From Carpediemonas membranifera BICM (Eukaryota; Protista; Fornicata): a stretch of DNA of 64,000 nt. The translations under genes were made by a program, and so were the position numbers. A model generated the notes under the pieces. It was not told the origin of the DNA, ran no database searches, and saw nothing but the letters and a program-made list of their open reading frames with translations. The number at the start of each line of letters is the position of its first letter. The first letter of the stretch is position 1. The stretch covers positions 915,333 to 979,332 of the forward strand of contig JAHDYR010000007.1 of NCBI GenBank assembly GCA_019828565.1. The letters run 5' to 3'. Of the stretch, positions 20,360 to 29,914 are shown in pieces.

Positions 20360-21736
20360 CCTCGTCTCACCCTAAGCGAGCTCGACACTGAGGTTGCCGC
20401 CATAGCCGCCGATCATGGCATGTATCATCCCACATACATGCATTGCCCGAGGAGCAGCGGGTGGGTCGCACTGGTACCGTGGCCGAGGCCCTCGTCGGCG
20501 TGCTGTCGTGCGTCACGCGCATGAGTGCTGCAGTGACCAAGCTGGTCACACTCACTCGTGCCGTGAACCTCGAGCTCAGTCAGGCCCTGCCAGAGCCGAG
20601 GCTCATTCCGTTCGTGCCGATGGCCGGTCAGGCCTGGGTTCATGACCATCGAGCGCGGAGTAACAGCGCTCACCCCAGCGATGAAGCGGCGCCTCCGTGT
20701 CTATCGGGATTGGTCAGCGAAGAGCAACTTGACCGACGAGCAGGTTGATAGATACGAGCGTGATCACGGTGACATCACCAAGCTCCGCAGAGTGCTCTCT
20801 GTGAAGACAGACGGGGTCTCTGTTGCTGTGACCGTTTGGGTGGGTCGCGAGAAATACCGTGGCGGTCGGGTGGCTGACCGGCCCACGTACAAAAAGGGTA
20901 GCAGCAACAAGCGGGCTCGGCTCGGTCAGGATGACGCCGAGGCTACTCCTGCCCCGGACATTCAAGCTCTCATGGGCTTCGACCCTGGTGCTCGGTCGCT
21001 GGGCGGCTACACGATCCGCCGCCCAGACGGGCAGAGTGTATCTGGCGTACTCGCTAAGTGTGGCTACACTGCCACCCCCTCTTTCCGCGTGAATATGAGC
21101 GCAGCATCGTTCAAAACGACAAGTCTAGAGGCTCTCAAACAGTCGATTAGGTTTGTCCATGAGAACATCGTTCAGATCATCAACGAGGGGACGAGAAAGT
21201 GTTTCCGCCGTGAGACTTTTGCCAATCACTGTCTGCGCCTGAAGCACTTCGCCCGGGCTGGACGTCAACTCCTGGATGATCTCGGCGGGCGCCCCCCGGA
21301 GCCCATTCACCTCGAAGTCGCGTATGGGGCTGCACTGTTCGGTTCCGCCGGTACTCCCTCCTGTGCTCCGTACCGCCACTTTGCTCGAGCTCTCCCTGGC
21401 ATCATGTTCCGGCACAACGTCGTCGTGAGTGTCACGATGGTCTCGGAATTCCGCACTTCCATCGTGTGCCCATACTGCAAAGCACACTTCAGACGTGTGG
21501 TGCACACACACCGCGCCATGCTCTGCCAGAATCCCGCGTGCGAGGGAGCTCCATGGCGCGTTGAACGGCTACGTCGGCATCCCGAGCAGAGAGACATACT
21601 TCTCAATCTCTCTCACCGAGATAAGAGCGCCAGCGAGAACATCCTTTGGTGCACCTTCGATGCAACTTCAGATCAGATAGAGCAATCTCCTTTCCACTAC
21701 GACTCCCAGAGAGGTGCTCTTCCTCGCTATCATTAA
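20360..21736 (+). mobile_element. Fanzor1-type (TnpB-derived) RNA-guided endonuclease; RuvC-containing ORF 20642-21736, upstream part frameshifted at ~20624
   Basis: RuvC-I GFDPG (D at 20981), VAYGAALF, rearranged RuvC-II SEFRTS (E at 21446), CPYC..CQNPAC zinc finger, RuvC-III HRDKSASENI (D at 21620). Confidence 0.88.
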
Positions 21737-21790
21737 CTTGCTAAGTTGAGCAAGCACGCGCTGCAGCGCGCGTGATATGCAGCGCACGAT
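21737..21790 (+). ncRNA. Candidate omegaRNA scaffold / element right end
   Basis: Hairpin CTTGCT-AAGTTG-AGCAAG (21737-21754), palindrome CGCGCTGCAGCGCG (21757-21770), alternative stem GCGCTGCA/TGCAGCGC (21758-21785), all directly after the Fanzor stop. Confidence 0.4.
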
Positions 21791-21852
21791 TGATAGAGTA
21801 TGATGAACCACACTGCGATCCTGATGCTGCTTGGATCACTGTGTGTTTTGGA

Positions 21853-21893
21853 CTAATCCTGCGCAGCACACCATCCTTCCTTCATTCCTTCAG
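21853..21893 (+). repeat. Direct repeat, right copy (pairs with 20318-20358)
   Basis: Same 19-nt core; ends in CAG immediately before the POP5 ATG. Confidence 0.8.
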
Positions 21894-22310
21894 ATGGTGC
21901 GGCACAAGTATAGATACCTCTATATTGACTATTCTCCCAGGAAGAATGCTGAAACAATGTCCAAAGATGAGGTAGATACTCGTCTTGTGGCGAAACTGCA
22001 TGATGTGGTGCTGCAAAGACATGGAGCACGTGCTAAAGGGCTTACATCCAGGTTTACGAAAGTAGTATACCATTATCCAGCACTTCACGTGTTTATTCTT
22101 CGTATAGCGCATGCATCCATCAGTGAGATGGAGGATTCCCTACGCTACCGCTTCCCCGCCTGTACCGTGATCCATAAGGGCGGCACCATCAGGTCCTGCC
22201 GCAAGAAAGCCATCGAGCACCACAAGGAGATAGTTATCCGCGAGTTTGGCCGAGTCAACGGACCAGCTGTGCTTGGCGAGCAGGTAGCCAATCTCGACGC
22301 GCTCGACTGA
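21894..22310 (+). CDS. POP5: RNase P/MRP subunit Pop5/Rpp14 family
   Basis: MVRHKYRYL N-terminus, FILRI, HKGGTIRSCRK. Confidence 0.8.
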   Translation: MVRHKYRYLYIDYSPRKNAETMSKDEVDTRLVAKLHDVVLQRHGARAKGLTSRFTKVVYHYPALHVFILRIAHASISEMEDSLRYRFPACTVIHKGGTIRSCRKKAIEHHKEIVIREFGRVNGPAVLGEQVANLDALD

Positions 22311-22544
22311 GTGGCAGGGCATGCAAGAGCGTACTACTAGCATACTTTATAAAGGACAAGCCGGGTCCTCAAGCACCTGTTGCTCCCAGACATCGCCGTA
22401 AGTCAGCCGAGCATGACGAGACAGGCTAGACAGTCGACAAGGAGGTAGCGGCAGTGCGTGCTATCATATCAGAAGGTATGGAACGATTTGTCACGGGTCG
22501 CACTTTAACCCGATTACAATTTTCGCAACGACGTCATAATCACA

Positions 22545-23003
22545 ATGAGCGACGATCGCACAAACGAGAAGACCAACGCCGTTTCCTATGGCCTCAAAGT
22601 AACCCCTGAGATCAAGGAGTTGATTGAGGACCTCCGGAAGTCTAATGCCGCGAACAAGGCTGTAGTTTTCACCGTTGACGATCGTTACAACCTTGCCGTG
22701 GAGGAGAACGAAGACGACTGTGAGCCTGAGGATGTTGGCGAGCTTCTCCCACTCACCGAGCCCCGCTTTGTCCTATACTCGTACAAATGGACTCGCGATG
22801 ACGGCCGTGTTCAGTTCCCGCTCATCCTCATCTACTACAAGCCAAGGGAAAGCCACAGCCCTACCATGAATCTTGTGTATTCCTCCTCGATGAACTCTAT
22901 CATGGAGACGTGCAACGTGGCGGGCAAGGTCTTTGACGTCAACCTGGCGGACGAGATCACTGATGACTGGCTGCAGAAGAAGCTCGAGCGGTGCAGCACA
23001 TAA
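22545..23003 (+). CDS. GMF: Glia maturation factor (ADF-H family)
   Basis: LPLTEPRFVLYSYKWTRDDGRVQFPLILIYYKP, ITDDWLQKKL. Confidence 0.9.
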   Translation: MSDDRTNEKTNAVSYGLKVTPEIKELIEDLRKSNAANKAVVFTVDDRYNLAVEENEDDCEPEDVGELLPLTEPRFVLYSYKWTRDDGRVQFPLILIYYKPRESHSPTMNLVYSSSMNSIMETCNVAGKVFDVNLADEITDDWLQKKLERCST

Positions 23004-23210
23004 ATTGCACGGCCGATGCACATTTGTCCCATTTGGTTTGGTTCGGATGTTGGTCTGCTCCCCAGGTGATGAGGGGAGCGGAAATTCGTAGCTCGATCAT
23101 GAGAGTTTATGTGGCTCACACCATAAGCGATGCCAGATTGACTTCCAGATGTCCGGGAACCCTAAACTGCGAAATGAGGCGATTCGTTCCGGTTGATTCT
23201 GAGGTGTTGA

Positions 23211-24338
23211 ATGAAGATTACGAAGAAGTGGCTGAAGAAACTTTGCCAAGAACAGCAATTATATAGTACCCCCAGCTGCAATGAAGTTCTTTATCTTCAC
23301 TACAAAGGAATCGAGAAAATCGAGAATTTGGAGGAGTACGTCAACTTGGCAACACTTTGGCTCGAAGGAAATGCTATTACGACTATAGAGAACCTGGATC
23401 ATCTTGAGAAGTCGCTCCGTTGCCTCTATCTCCAGGAGAACGGCATCGAGACAATCAGCGGCCTTACCAGCCTCAAAGCGCTGGCACAGGTCAATCTGAG
23501 CGACAACCAGATCAAGAGCATCGATCAGGACTCGTTTGCTGGTCTGGATCAGCTTACGAGCGTTCAGCTGTGCCGCAATCGTCTCCAAGACAACTCTGGT
23601 CTGGCCGGACTCGTCGCCGTCCCCAACCTGTCGACTCTAGACCTCACTGGGAACAACATAGCTGACGTCCGCGTGCTGGAGCAGGTGTTTATGAAGATGC
23701 CGAGCCTGAAGGTCCTGATGCTAGTCGGCAATGAAGTCATCAAATCAATGTCAACCATCGGGGTGCCGTACAGATTTACGATGGTGGCGGCACTCGAGAC
23801 GCTCACATACCTTGACGACAAGCCCGTGTTCGATGACGAGCGTCGTGCCGTGTCCGCATGGAAGGCCGCGGGCGGACTCCGCCTGTACCTTGAGAGGGGG
23901 ACCCTCTCTGACGACGAGAAGCGCCAGATCAAGATGGCAGCAGGCGAGGCGATGCGAGTGGAGCGTGAGGCCATCCGGGTCGAGAAGGAGGCCGCGCACC
24001 GCAAGAACATGGATGATTTCGAGCAGATGATCCGGCAGGCCCGCATTGACAAGGGCCTCGACCCAGACGACTGTCCGCTGTTTAGAAAGACCGCGGGGGC
24101 GGGGGAAGAAGAGGCAGACGAGGACATGCCCGGCCTCGAGGACGAGGAGGGCGAGGACGTGGAGACGGGGGAGGAGAGTGCTGCAGCTGGGGTCGAGGCT
24201 GAGGCTGAGGCTGAGGCCGACGAGCCTGAGGTCGGGGAGGCTTCTCCTGAGCCCGCTGAGACTGTGCAGGGCGACACTACGTTCCTGACGACGGCGGAGG
24301 ATGAGGCCAGCGAGGTGGACGTGGACGAGGTGGACTAG
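23211..24338 (+). CDS. DNAAF1: Dynein axonemal assembly factor 1 (ODA7/LRRC50)
   Basis: LYSTPSCNEVLYLHYKGIEKIENLEEY, SDS22-type LRRs, LTYLDDKPVFDDERR. Confidence 0.88.
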   Translation: MKITKKWLKKLCQEQQLYSTPSCNEVLYLHYKGIEKIENLEEYVNLATLWLEGNAITTIENLDHLEKSLRCLYLQENGIETISGLTSLKALAQVNLSDNQIKSIDQDSFAGLDQLTSVQLCRNRLQDNSGLAGLVAVPNLSTLDLTGNNIADVRVLEQVFMKMPSLKVLMLVGNEVIKSMSTIGVPYRFTMVAALETLTYLDDKPVFDDERRAVSAWKAAGGLRLYLERGTLSDDEKRQIKMAAGEAMRVEREAIRVEKEAAHRKNMDDFEQMIRQARIDKGLDPDDCPLFRKTAGAGEEEADEDMPGLEDEEGEDVETGEESAAAGVEAEAEAEADEPEVGEASPEPAETVQGDTTFLTTAEDEASEVDVDEVD

Positions 24339-24562
24339 GCCTCTGTATTTATATTCCATTGCATAAATGCAGCAGATAAACAATGCTGGAATGGGTATTT
24401 GAACAAGATGGGGGAGGAAATGGTCACGACGAGCTTCTTGAGTCTGCCAAACTGAGCATACAGGAACAATGACATGCTGCGACAGGCACAACACCCGCGC
24501 CTTTCATTTCTTTCCAGGATCGACCAGATCGACTCAAAGTCGGGTCGTCAACGACGGCGAGA

Positions 24563-25507
24563 ATGGCGGATACTCCTCAGAAAGAGACTCCAGCCATTGA
24601 AACTGAGGCGGAGGCAGTAACTCATACGGAAGAAGAGAAATATGCCATGATTGAGCGTCAGTTCTCTTCGCAAGTGGAGAAACCAGCCCGCCCTCAGATT
24701 AGCAAGGAAATACTGAAGATCAAGCGCCCTGATCTCGAAGCCGAGGCGTATGAGGGCTTATACAACATCTGGTATCACTCAAGGCCGGGCTTGGACAAGG
24801 AGAAGGACGCTGTGGTGAAGAACGAGTTCCGCTGTGACCCCGCCCGTGACGTTGGCCGAACCCAGGGCGACAAGCTCCGCCCGCCCATCCGCTTCTGTGT
24901 GTTCTTTGCCCGCGGCCAGTGCTGGCGCGGCGAGGCATGCGAGTACCTTCATCGCATCCCCGAGACGCATCACCAGCGCCACATTCCTGAAACGAAGGAT
25001 TGCTTTGGCCGGCCTAGGTTCGGATGGAACCCTTCTTCTGCTGCCAGACTGAAGGAGTGCCGCACCCTCCGCGTGTCGAACCTACCCTCGCATGAGCCGG
25101 GGCTGGATAAGCGACTGAGATACCATTTTGGTTTGTTCGGACAGTTAGTGCAGTTTAATTACATTTCATCCATGAATGTGGCTTTTATAGAGTACAAGAC
25201 CCGCGCCCAGGCCGAGTTCGCGAAGGAGGCGCTGACAGGCAACAACGTTGGAGGGTCTGAGGTTCTTCAGATAAGATACGCCATCGAGCCGAGCAAGAAG
25301 ACACCCATTCACGAGCAGAACGCGGCCGAAGAGCTCAGGGCGGACATCATGGCCGCCATGCCGACCAAGGCGCTCGAAGCACCCGTGGAGGCACTGGAAG
25401 AGGCGGGAAATGCCGTCACGAAAGAGGTGCTTAAGGCGCACATTGCGGAGACGGGGGCAGTGAAGCAGACCCGGAGGAGAGTCAAGCGAGTGACAGACGT
25501 CTTCTAG
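24563..25507 (+). CDS. CWC2: Splicing factor Cwc2/RBM22-like (CCCH zinc finger plus RRM)
   Basis: YNIWY, RCDPARDVGRTQGD, FCVFFARGQCWRGEACEYLHRIP, DCFGR, AEFAKEAL. Confidence 0.88.
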   Translation: MADTPQKETPAIETEAEAVTHTEEEKYAMIERQFSSQVEKPARPQISKEILKIKRPDLEAEAYEGLYNIWYHSRPGLDKEKDAVVKNEFRCDPARDVGRTQGDKLRPPIRFCVFFARGQCWRGEACEYLHRIPETHHQRHIPETKDCFGRPRFGWNPSSAARLKECRTLRVSNLPSHEPGLDKRLRYHFGLFGQLVQFNYISSMNVAFIEYKTRAQAEFAKEALTGNNVGGSEVLQIRYAIEPSKKTPIHEQNAAEELRADIMAAMPTKALEAPVEALEEAGNAVTKEVLKAHIAETGAVKQTRRRVKRVTDVF

Positions 25508-25663
25508 TCCTGTTCTCCTTACGGTGTTGTCAGTAGTCCTCCAGCTGAGAGTGAGCATCACATTGATGTATAGCAGGAACTATTAAGCATGGCATAGGTC
25601 CTCGGCGGCTGGGACCATGTTCATGCGCTCACGTAAATACGTAAAGGGACTTGAAGACACAGG

Positions 25664-26169
25664 ATGGACAAAGAAATACTGAGCGAGAGGATTATTCGAG
25701 TTTCAGAGACATCTATGGGTGGTATGGCTATGGTTGCACTGCTCAACGAGTTTGATAGGCTCTTTGCTGATTCTGGTTTGCCGTTTTCGCATCAACTTAC
25801 CCATATGACAAGAAGGCCCTCTGTGAAGGCATATTGGCCGCTATTTCCGATGTACAGTCAGACGTATGCCACATTCCCTACTCTATTTATCACACAGCTG
25901 GCTGAATCGCTGAACAAGTTTGACGAAACCTCCATACAACAGCAAGTCCTCCTCCAGCAAGCTCACACAGGATCTTTAGTGCCGTCAAGATGATCGAACG
26001 CGATGTAACCAAGACCAGTGAGCAGGTTTCCACCATCAATGACAGCATTGCTGGAGCAGGCCGGGACCTCTCGTACACGGCTGACCTGAGAGAGGCTCAG
26101 ACCATGGCAGCTAACCTGGACAAGGCCGTGGATCTGCTGGGGAAGAAGATGGTCGGCGGACAGCGCTGA
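25664..26169 (+). CDS. Hypothetical helical protein; probable introns (~25776-25808, 25864-25897) and a frameshift
   Basis: GTATG..CACACAG intron-like segment; coherent helical frames on either side; gene model uncertain. Confidence 0.4.
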
Positions 26170-26254
26170 GTGCTTTTATTTGCGCTTGTTGGATATATAC
26201 TATATGCTCATGTAACTCTATAAATCGCGAAAAGAGCAAATCGCAACGATAATA

Positions 26255-27410
26255 ATGGCCACAGGAGAGCCAACTCTGCTTCATCTTGCAGACCATGAAG
26301 GCCATGTCTGCATTTCTGATAGTGAGGAGGGCCCATTCATGTTGACAGCTGATATTGACCTTCTTTCCGACTGCGAGACACCATTTGACGTCATGCGCGA
26401 GCTTCAAGACGTTGATGTGTTCAGCACAGTCTCAGCTATGCTTAAGACGTCGAGAAAGAAGTCCATTGTGCATTCATCTCTCACTACACTGCCCTTTAGC
26501 CCTGCAACCCTCCGGGACTGCTCCCTCTGGATGGAGCACATGCGTCACGCCACCGCTGGGATGATTGCACTCAAGATGCCGGCCCTGTATCCCGTTGTCA
26601 AGGCCCTCAGCCTTGTAGGACTCGACAGCGTTGTCACGAAACCGAGCTCCCTCTTTACCACAAGACCAACATGAATGTCCCAGATTATCCATTTACATAG
26701 ATTACATGGCAGACCACCGCTCTGTATTAACCGAGGACACTATGCCATACCCTCACACTGACGCCCTAGACTTCGAGCTCGAGCTCTGCGCAGTGATCGT
26801 CAAGGAGATCAGAGACGCAACACCTGAGGACGCAGCCGCGGCAATCGGGGGCTTCATCCTCATGAATGACTTCTCATGCCGAGACTCGCAGTTGCCTGAG
26901 ATGCGGGCCGGCCTCGGCATTCCTGCCTCCAAGAACTGCGGCACGGCCCTGGCGAAGACTGTGGCTGTTGGTAAGCCTGGCGCAATCCCAGCTCTAATCG
27001 AGTCAGGTGCAGTTTATGGCCAAGTCGCAGTGAAGTCGGGGAGTGAGACAAGAGCGTATTCTGGCACGTCAGCCGGCATGACCTTTAGTGTTGCCGAGAC
27101 TATCGCGTGCATCTCATCCCATTCCGTTTTGAGAGAAGGCGACGTCATTGGCCTCGGCACCATCCCTGGCTGCTCAGTCCTCGAGACCGACCGAGCCTGG
27201 CTCAAGGTCGGCGACGTCGTGGCCATGGAGACCAAGCCGTGTCTTGGCAGTTTAAGGAATGTTGTGGGTGATCGTGTAGCCGAGGTTGATTGGCGGTATG
27301 AGCCTCTGGCCAAGCAGGGGACGAGGCGGCACTTTATGGCTCTGGTGGTCATCCCGGCGATCATCAACATCATCCTGGCCCTTATTGCGTACAAGGTGAT
27401 CTTTGGGTAA
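26255..27410 (+). CDS. Fumarylacetoacetate hydrolase family protein with C-terminal transmembrane helix; disrupted at ~26640-26700
   Basis: TLRDCSLWMEH, LDFELEL, MNDFSCRDSQ, GDVIGLGT, WLKVGDVV; two frames joined by an apparent indel and a damaged intron. Confidence 0.8.
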
Positions 27411-27553
27411 AGTTTTGACGTTTTGGCCGTGTTCTGTGGCAACGAACGTCTGATACAGACAGTTGTCGACGAAACAACGACTTGGGCAAGAGATCATTCC
27501 CATGTGCTGTCTGTCCCTTTATGCCGAGCCTCTAGCCTTTACGTGAGCAATAA

Positions 27554-28312
27554 ATGGAGATGAGAAAGGAGATACGAGGGTGCGTTCGAAATCAGAAACA
27601 GCAAATGGACGAACCGTTGTATTCCTTCACGGATCCAGTGCAATCACGGCCTGGTATTCCCATATATCTTGGCGAATCATTACAATCCTCTCTCTCTGCA
27701 GAGCGCTTGGCTTTGCTTCTCCAACTTGACATTCTTGCCGGCGCCGGGCTTCAGGACACGCCGCGCTTTGCAAGAATACTAGCTGCGTTCAACAAGCCCG
27801 ATTTTCAGCACCCTCTACCTTTTTCTCATCTGGCCGAACGCATTGCCCGTTCACCCATGGCTGATCGGCCTCCGCTCACATACAGGGGTATGCATCCACC
27901 CACACGCTCACATAGGACTAGTACTAGCCCAAAGCCACTGCAACGCCTGCGTGAGGATAACCAGCCTGCTCCGGGCCGACCTGACAAAGCCCAGCCACAA
28001 ATACATCCCCTACCTCCTCGCTCAGCTCTTCGTACGTGCTTCACTGACCCTGACATGCTTACACAGTCCATACTCGGCAACATGGGGAACGGCGTCCAGG
28101 TCTACCGTGATCGGGTGCAGTCGAAATTTGACGAGATCAAAGCAAAGGCTAACCGGAAAGCGAAGGACGCTGAGACTTGCCAGCTCAGCGAGGAGCAGCG
28201 GAAGTGGATCGAGAACCTACTTCGGGAGATGGATGTACTATGCCGGGCAAGACTGATGTCCACAAAGGAGTATTATCCGATCTTACGGGACTCGGCGCAA
28301 ACAGTGGAATGA
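27554..28312 (+). CDS. Hypothetical protein
   Basis: 252-aa ATG ORF in the gene-array orientation followed by TGTAAA. Confidence 0.55.
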   Translation: MEMRKEIRGCVRNQKQQMDEPLYSFTDPVQSRPGIPIYLGESLQSSLSAERLALLLQLDILAGAGLQDTPRFARILAAFNKPDFQHPLPFSHLAERIARSPMADRPPLTYRGMHPPTRSHRTSTSPKPLQRLREDNQPAPGRPDKAQPQIHPLPPRSALRTCFTDPDMLTQSILGNMGNGVQVYRDRVQSKFDEIKAKANRKAKDAETCQLSEEQRKWIENLLREMDVLCRARLMSTKEYYPILRDSAQTVE

Positions 28313-28460
28313 GTGGCGCGGAGGCTGAAATGTAAACTTTTGTCGTATTCAGGTTGTGGAGATGAGTCTGGTGTCAGGCGGTTGGCATTGTGCTGTGACC
28401 ATTTGCCGACTGTCCGGGTATCCTGCGCGAAAATATTGTCGATTTTTGGTAGTAATCCCT

Positions 28461-29426
28461 ATGCAAGCACTACAGGATGAGTTTGAGCGTGTTCAGGCTC
28501 TTACAATGCAATATATTCGGCCTAGAGATGAGAAATTGCTGAAATTTGCCGAGATTGCTCGCCAGCACGAGCCATTGGGCGACATTGAGCTTCCAATCTC
28601 TCTTTCACAGCTTGATCGGGACTCATTCGTCGCACATACGCCACAACTAGACACTGCTAGTGAGCACTCTCACTGTGAGAGCAGCGTTGTGTCTCTTTCG
28701 CCATCCCCAGCCGTCCCGAAGCTCGAACTCGTCGAGGCCTGCCTCTCCCCCATCCCACACGCCGTGATCGCAGAAACCTCCTTCCGTAATGCATGTGTTG
28801 GCACTCAGCCGGCAGATAAGCTCGATGTAGCCATCAACACCTCCGTGGTTGAGGAGACTGCCCCCATTCTCACAGATGTCGGCACCGGAACCTCCATTGT
28901 CCAGACAAGATCGGCCGCTGTTAGCCCTGTTGCAGGCCCTGAGCTGGCAGACATCGCGCTCAGCCCCATCCCAGTCGCCAAGCCGAGCCCCGTTCGCCTC
29001 GGCTCGGGCAAACAGAGGAAGCACCACCTCGGCGCCCTGAACATATTCAAGAGCAAGCACGCGTCTCCCGCAGCTGCTGAACGGACCCAACCCAACCCAA
29101 CTCCTGAGACGGCCACTGCCACGAAGCCTCAGAAGATGACTCCCGCCGAGTCAACGCCTCAGCCACCCAAGACAAGAACGCCGGTTATACTCTCAGTCAA
29201 GACGCCCGAACAGACCAGCCCCGGCCTGCTGGACGAGATGGACGGCGCGTGGGACGCAACACCCAACCTGCTCCGGCAGCTCAAGACACAGCAGACTCTG
29301 GACACGGAGAGGATCTTCCCCAGCAGGTATGGGATACCCAAGAAGGTGTCGGACTTGTTCGGCAGGCCCGAGTCACACACACTGGACGGCAGGAGACGTA
29401 CTCCTCGGCCTGGACTCAAGAGGTGA
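28461..29426 (+). CDS. Hypothetical Pro/Thr-rich disordered protein
   Basis: Long ORF, first ATG at 28461. Confidence 0.55.
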   Translation: MQALQDEFERVQALTMQYIRPRDEKLLKFAEIARQHEPLGDIELPISLSQLDRDSFVAHTPQLDTASEHSHCESSVVSLSPSPAVPKLELVEACLSPIPHAVIAETSFRNACVGTQPADKLDVAINTSVVEETAPILTDVGTGTSIVQTRSAAVSPVAGPELADIALSPIPVAKPSPVRLGSGKQRKHHLGALNIFKSKHASPAAAERTQPNPTPETATATKPQKMTPAESTPQPPKTRTPVILSVKTPEQTSPGLLDEMDGAWDATPNLLRQLKTQQTLDTERIFPSRYGIPKKVSDLFGRPESHTLDGRRRTPRPGLKR

Positions 29427-29914
29427 GTGTGGTGCAGCGGGTCGCCCTGCATGATGAAATTTGAAAATTAGTGTTGCCACAGATTTAAAACGAGCAATTT
29501 ATTTACAGGCGCGCGAGAGTTCCCACTGAGTGGAGATAATGCTGAAGAAACGCGTGCGGGTCTCGAAAAAGACACCATGAGGTGGACCAAGTTGAGCAGC
29601 AAGATGATGCGGGGGTGGGGCCGTGACCCGGCGCGGGTCTTGCTGCCTGTTTAGTACCTTTAGAAAGACAGTTGGGCACTCAGTTTAAATACTTATGGAA
29701 ACAATTTAAAAATTGGCATGCCTGATTCACCGATATCTCTAATCAAATCGATCAGCAACAGCATTCAGACAATATCCGACTCGGGCATATGCCCAACCGG
29801 GCATTCCTTAGACCTCATGGACTCGCATTCTCATCTTTGGAAGAAGATCGTAAGGTAGATCCGATCCGATTCCCCCAGATCCGTCACGAGGCGTAAAGTG
29901 CTCGCACTCGAAAC

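Noticed and set aside
21795-21870. Box C/D snoRNA (ATGATGA..CTGA)
   Set aside because: No terminal box D or closing stem at a suitable distance
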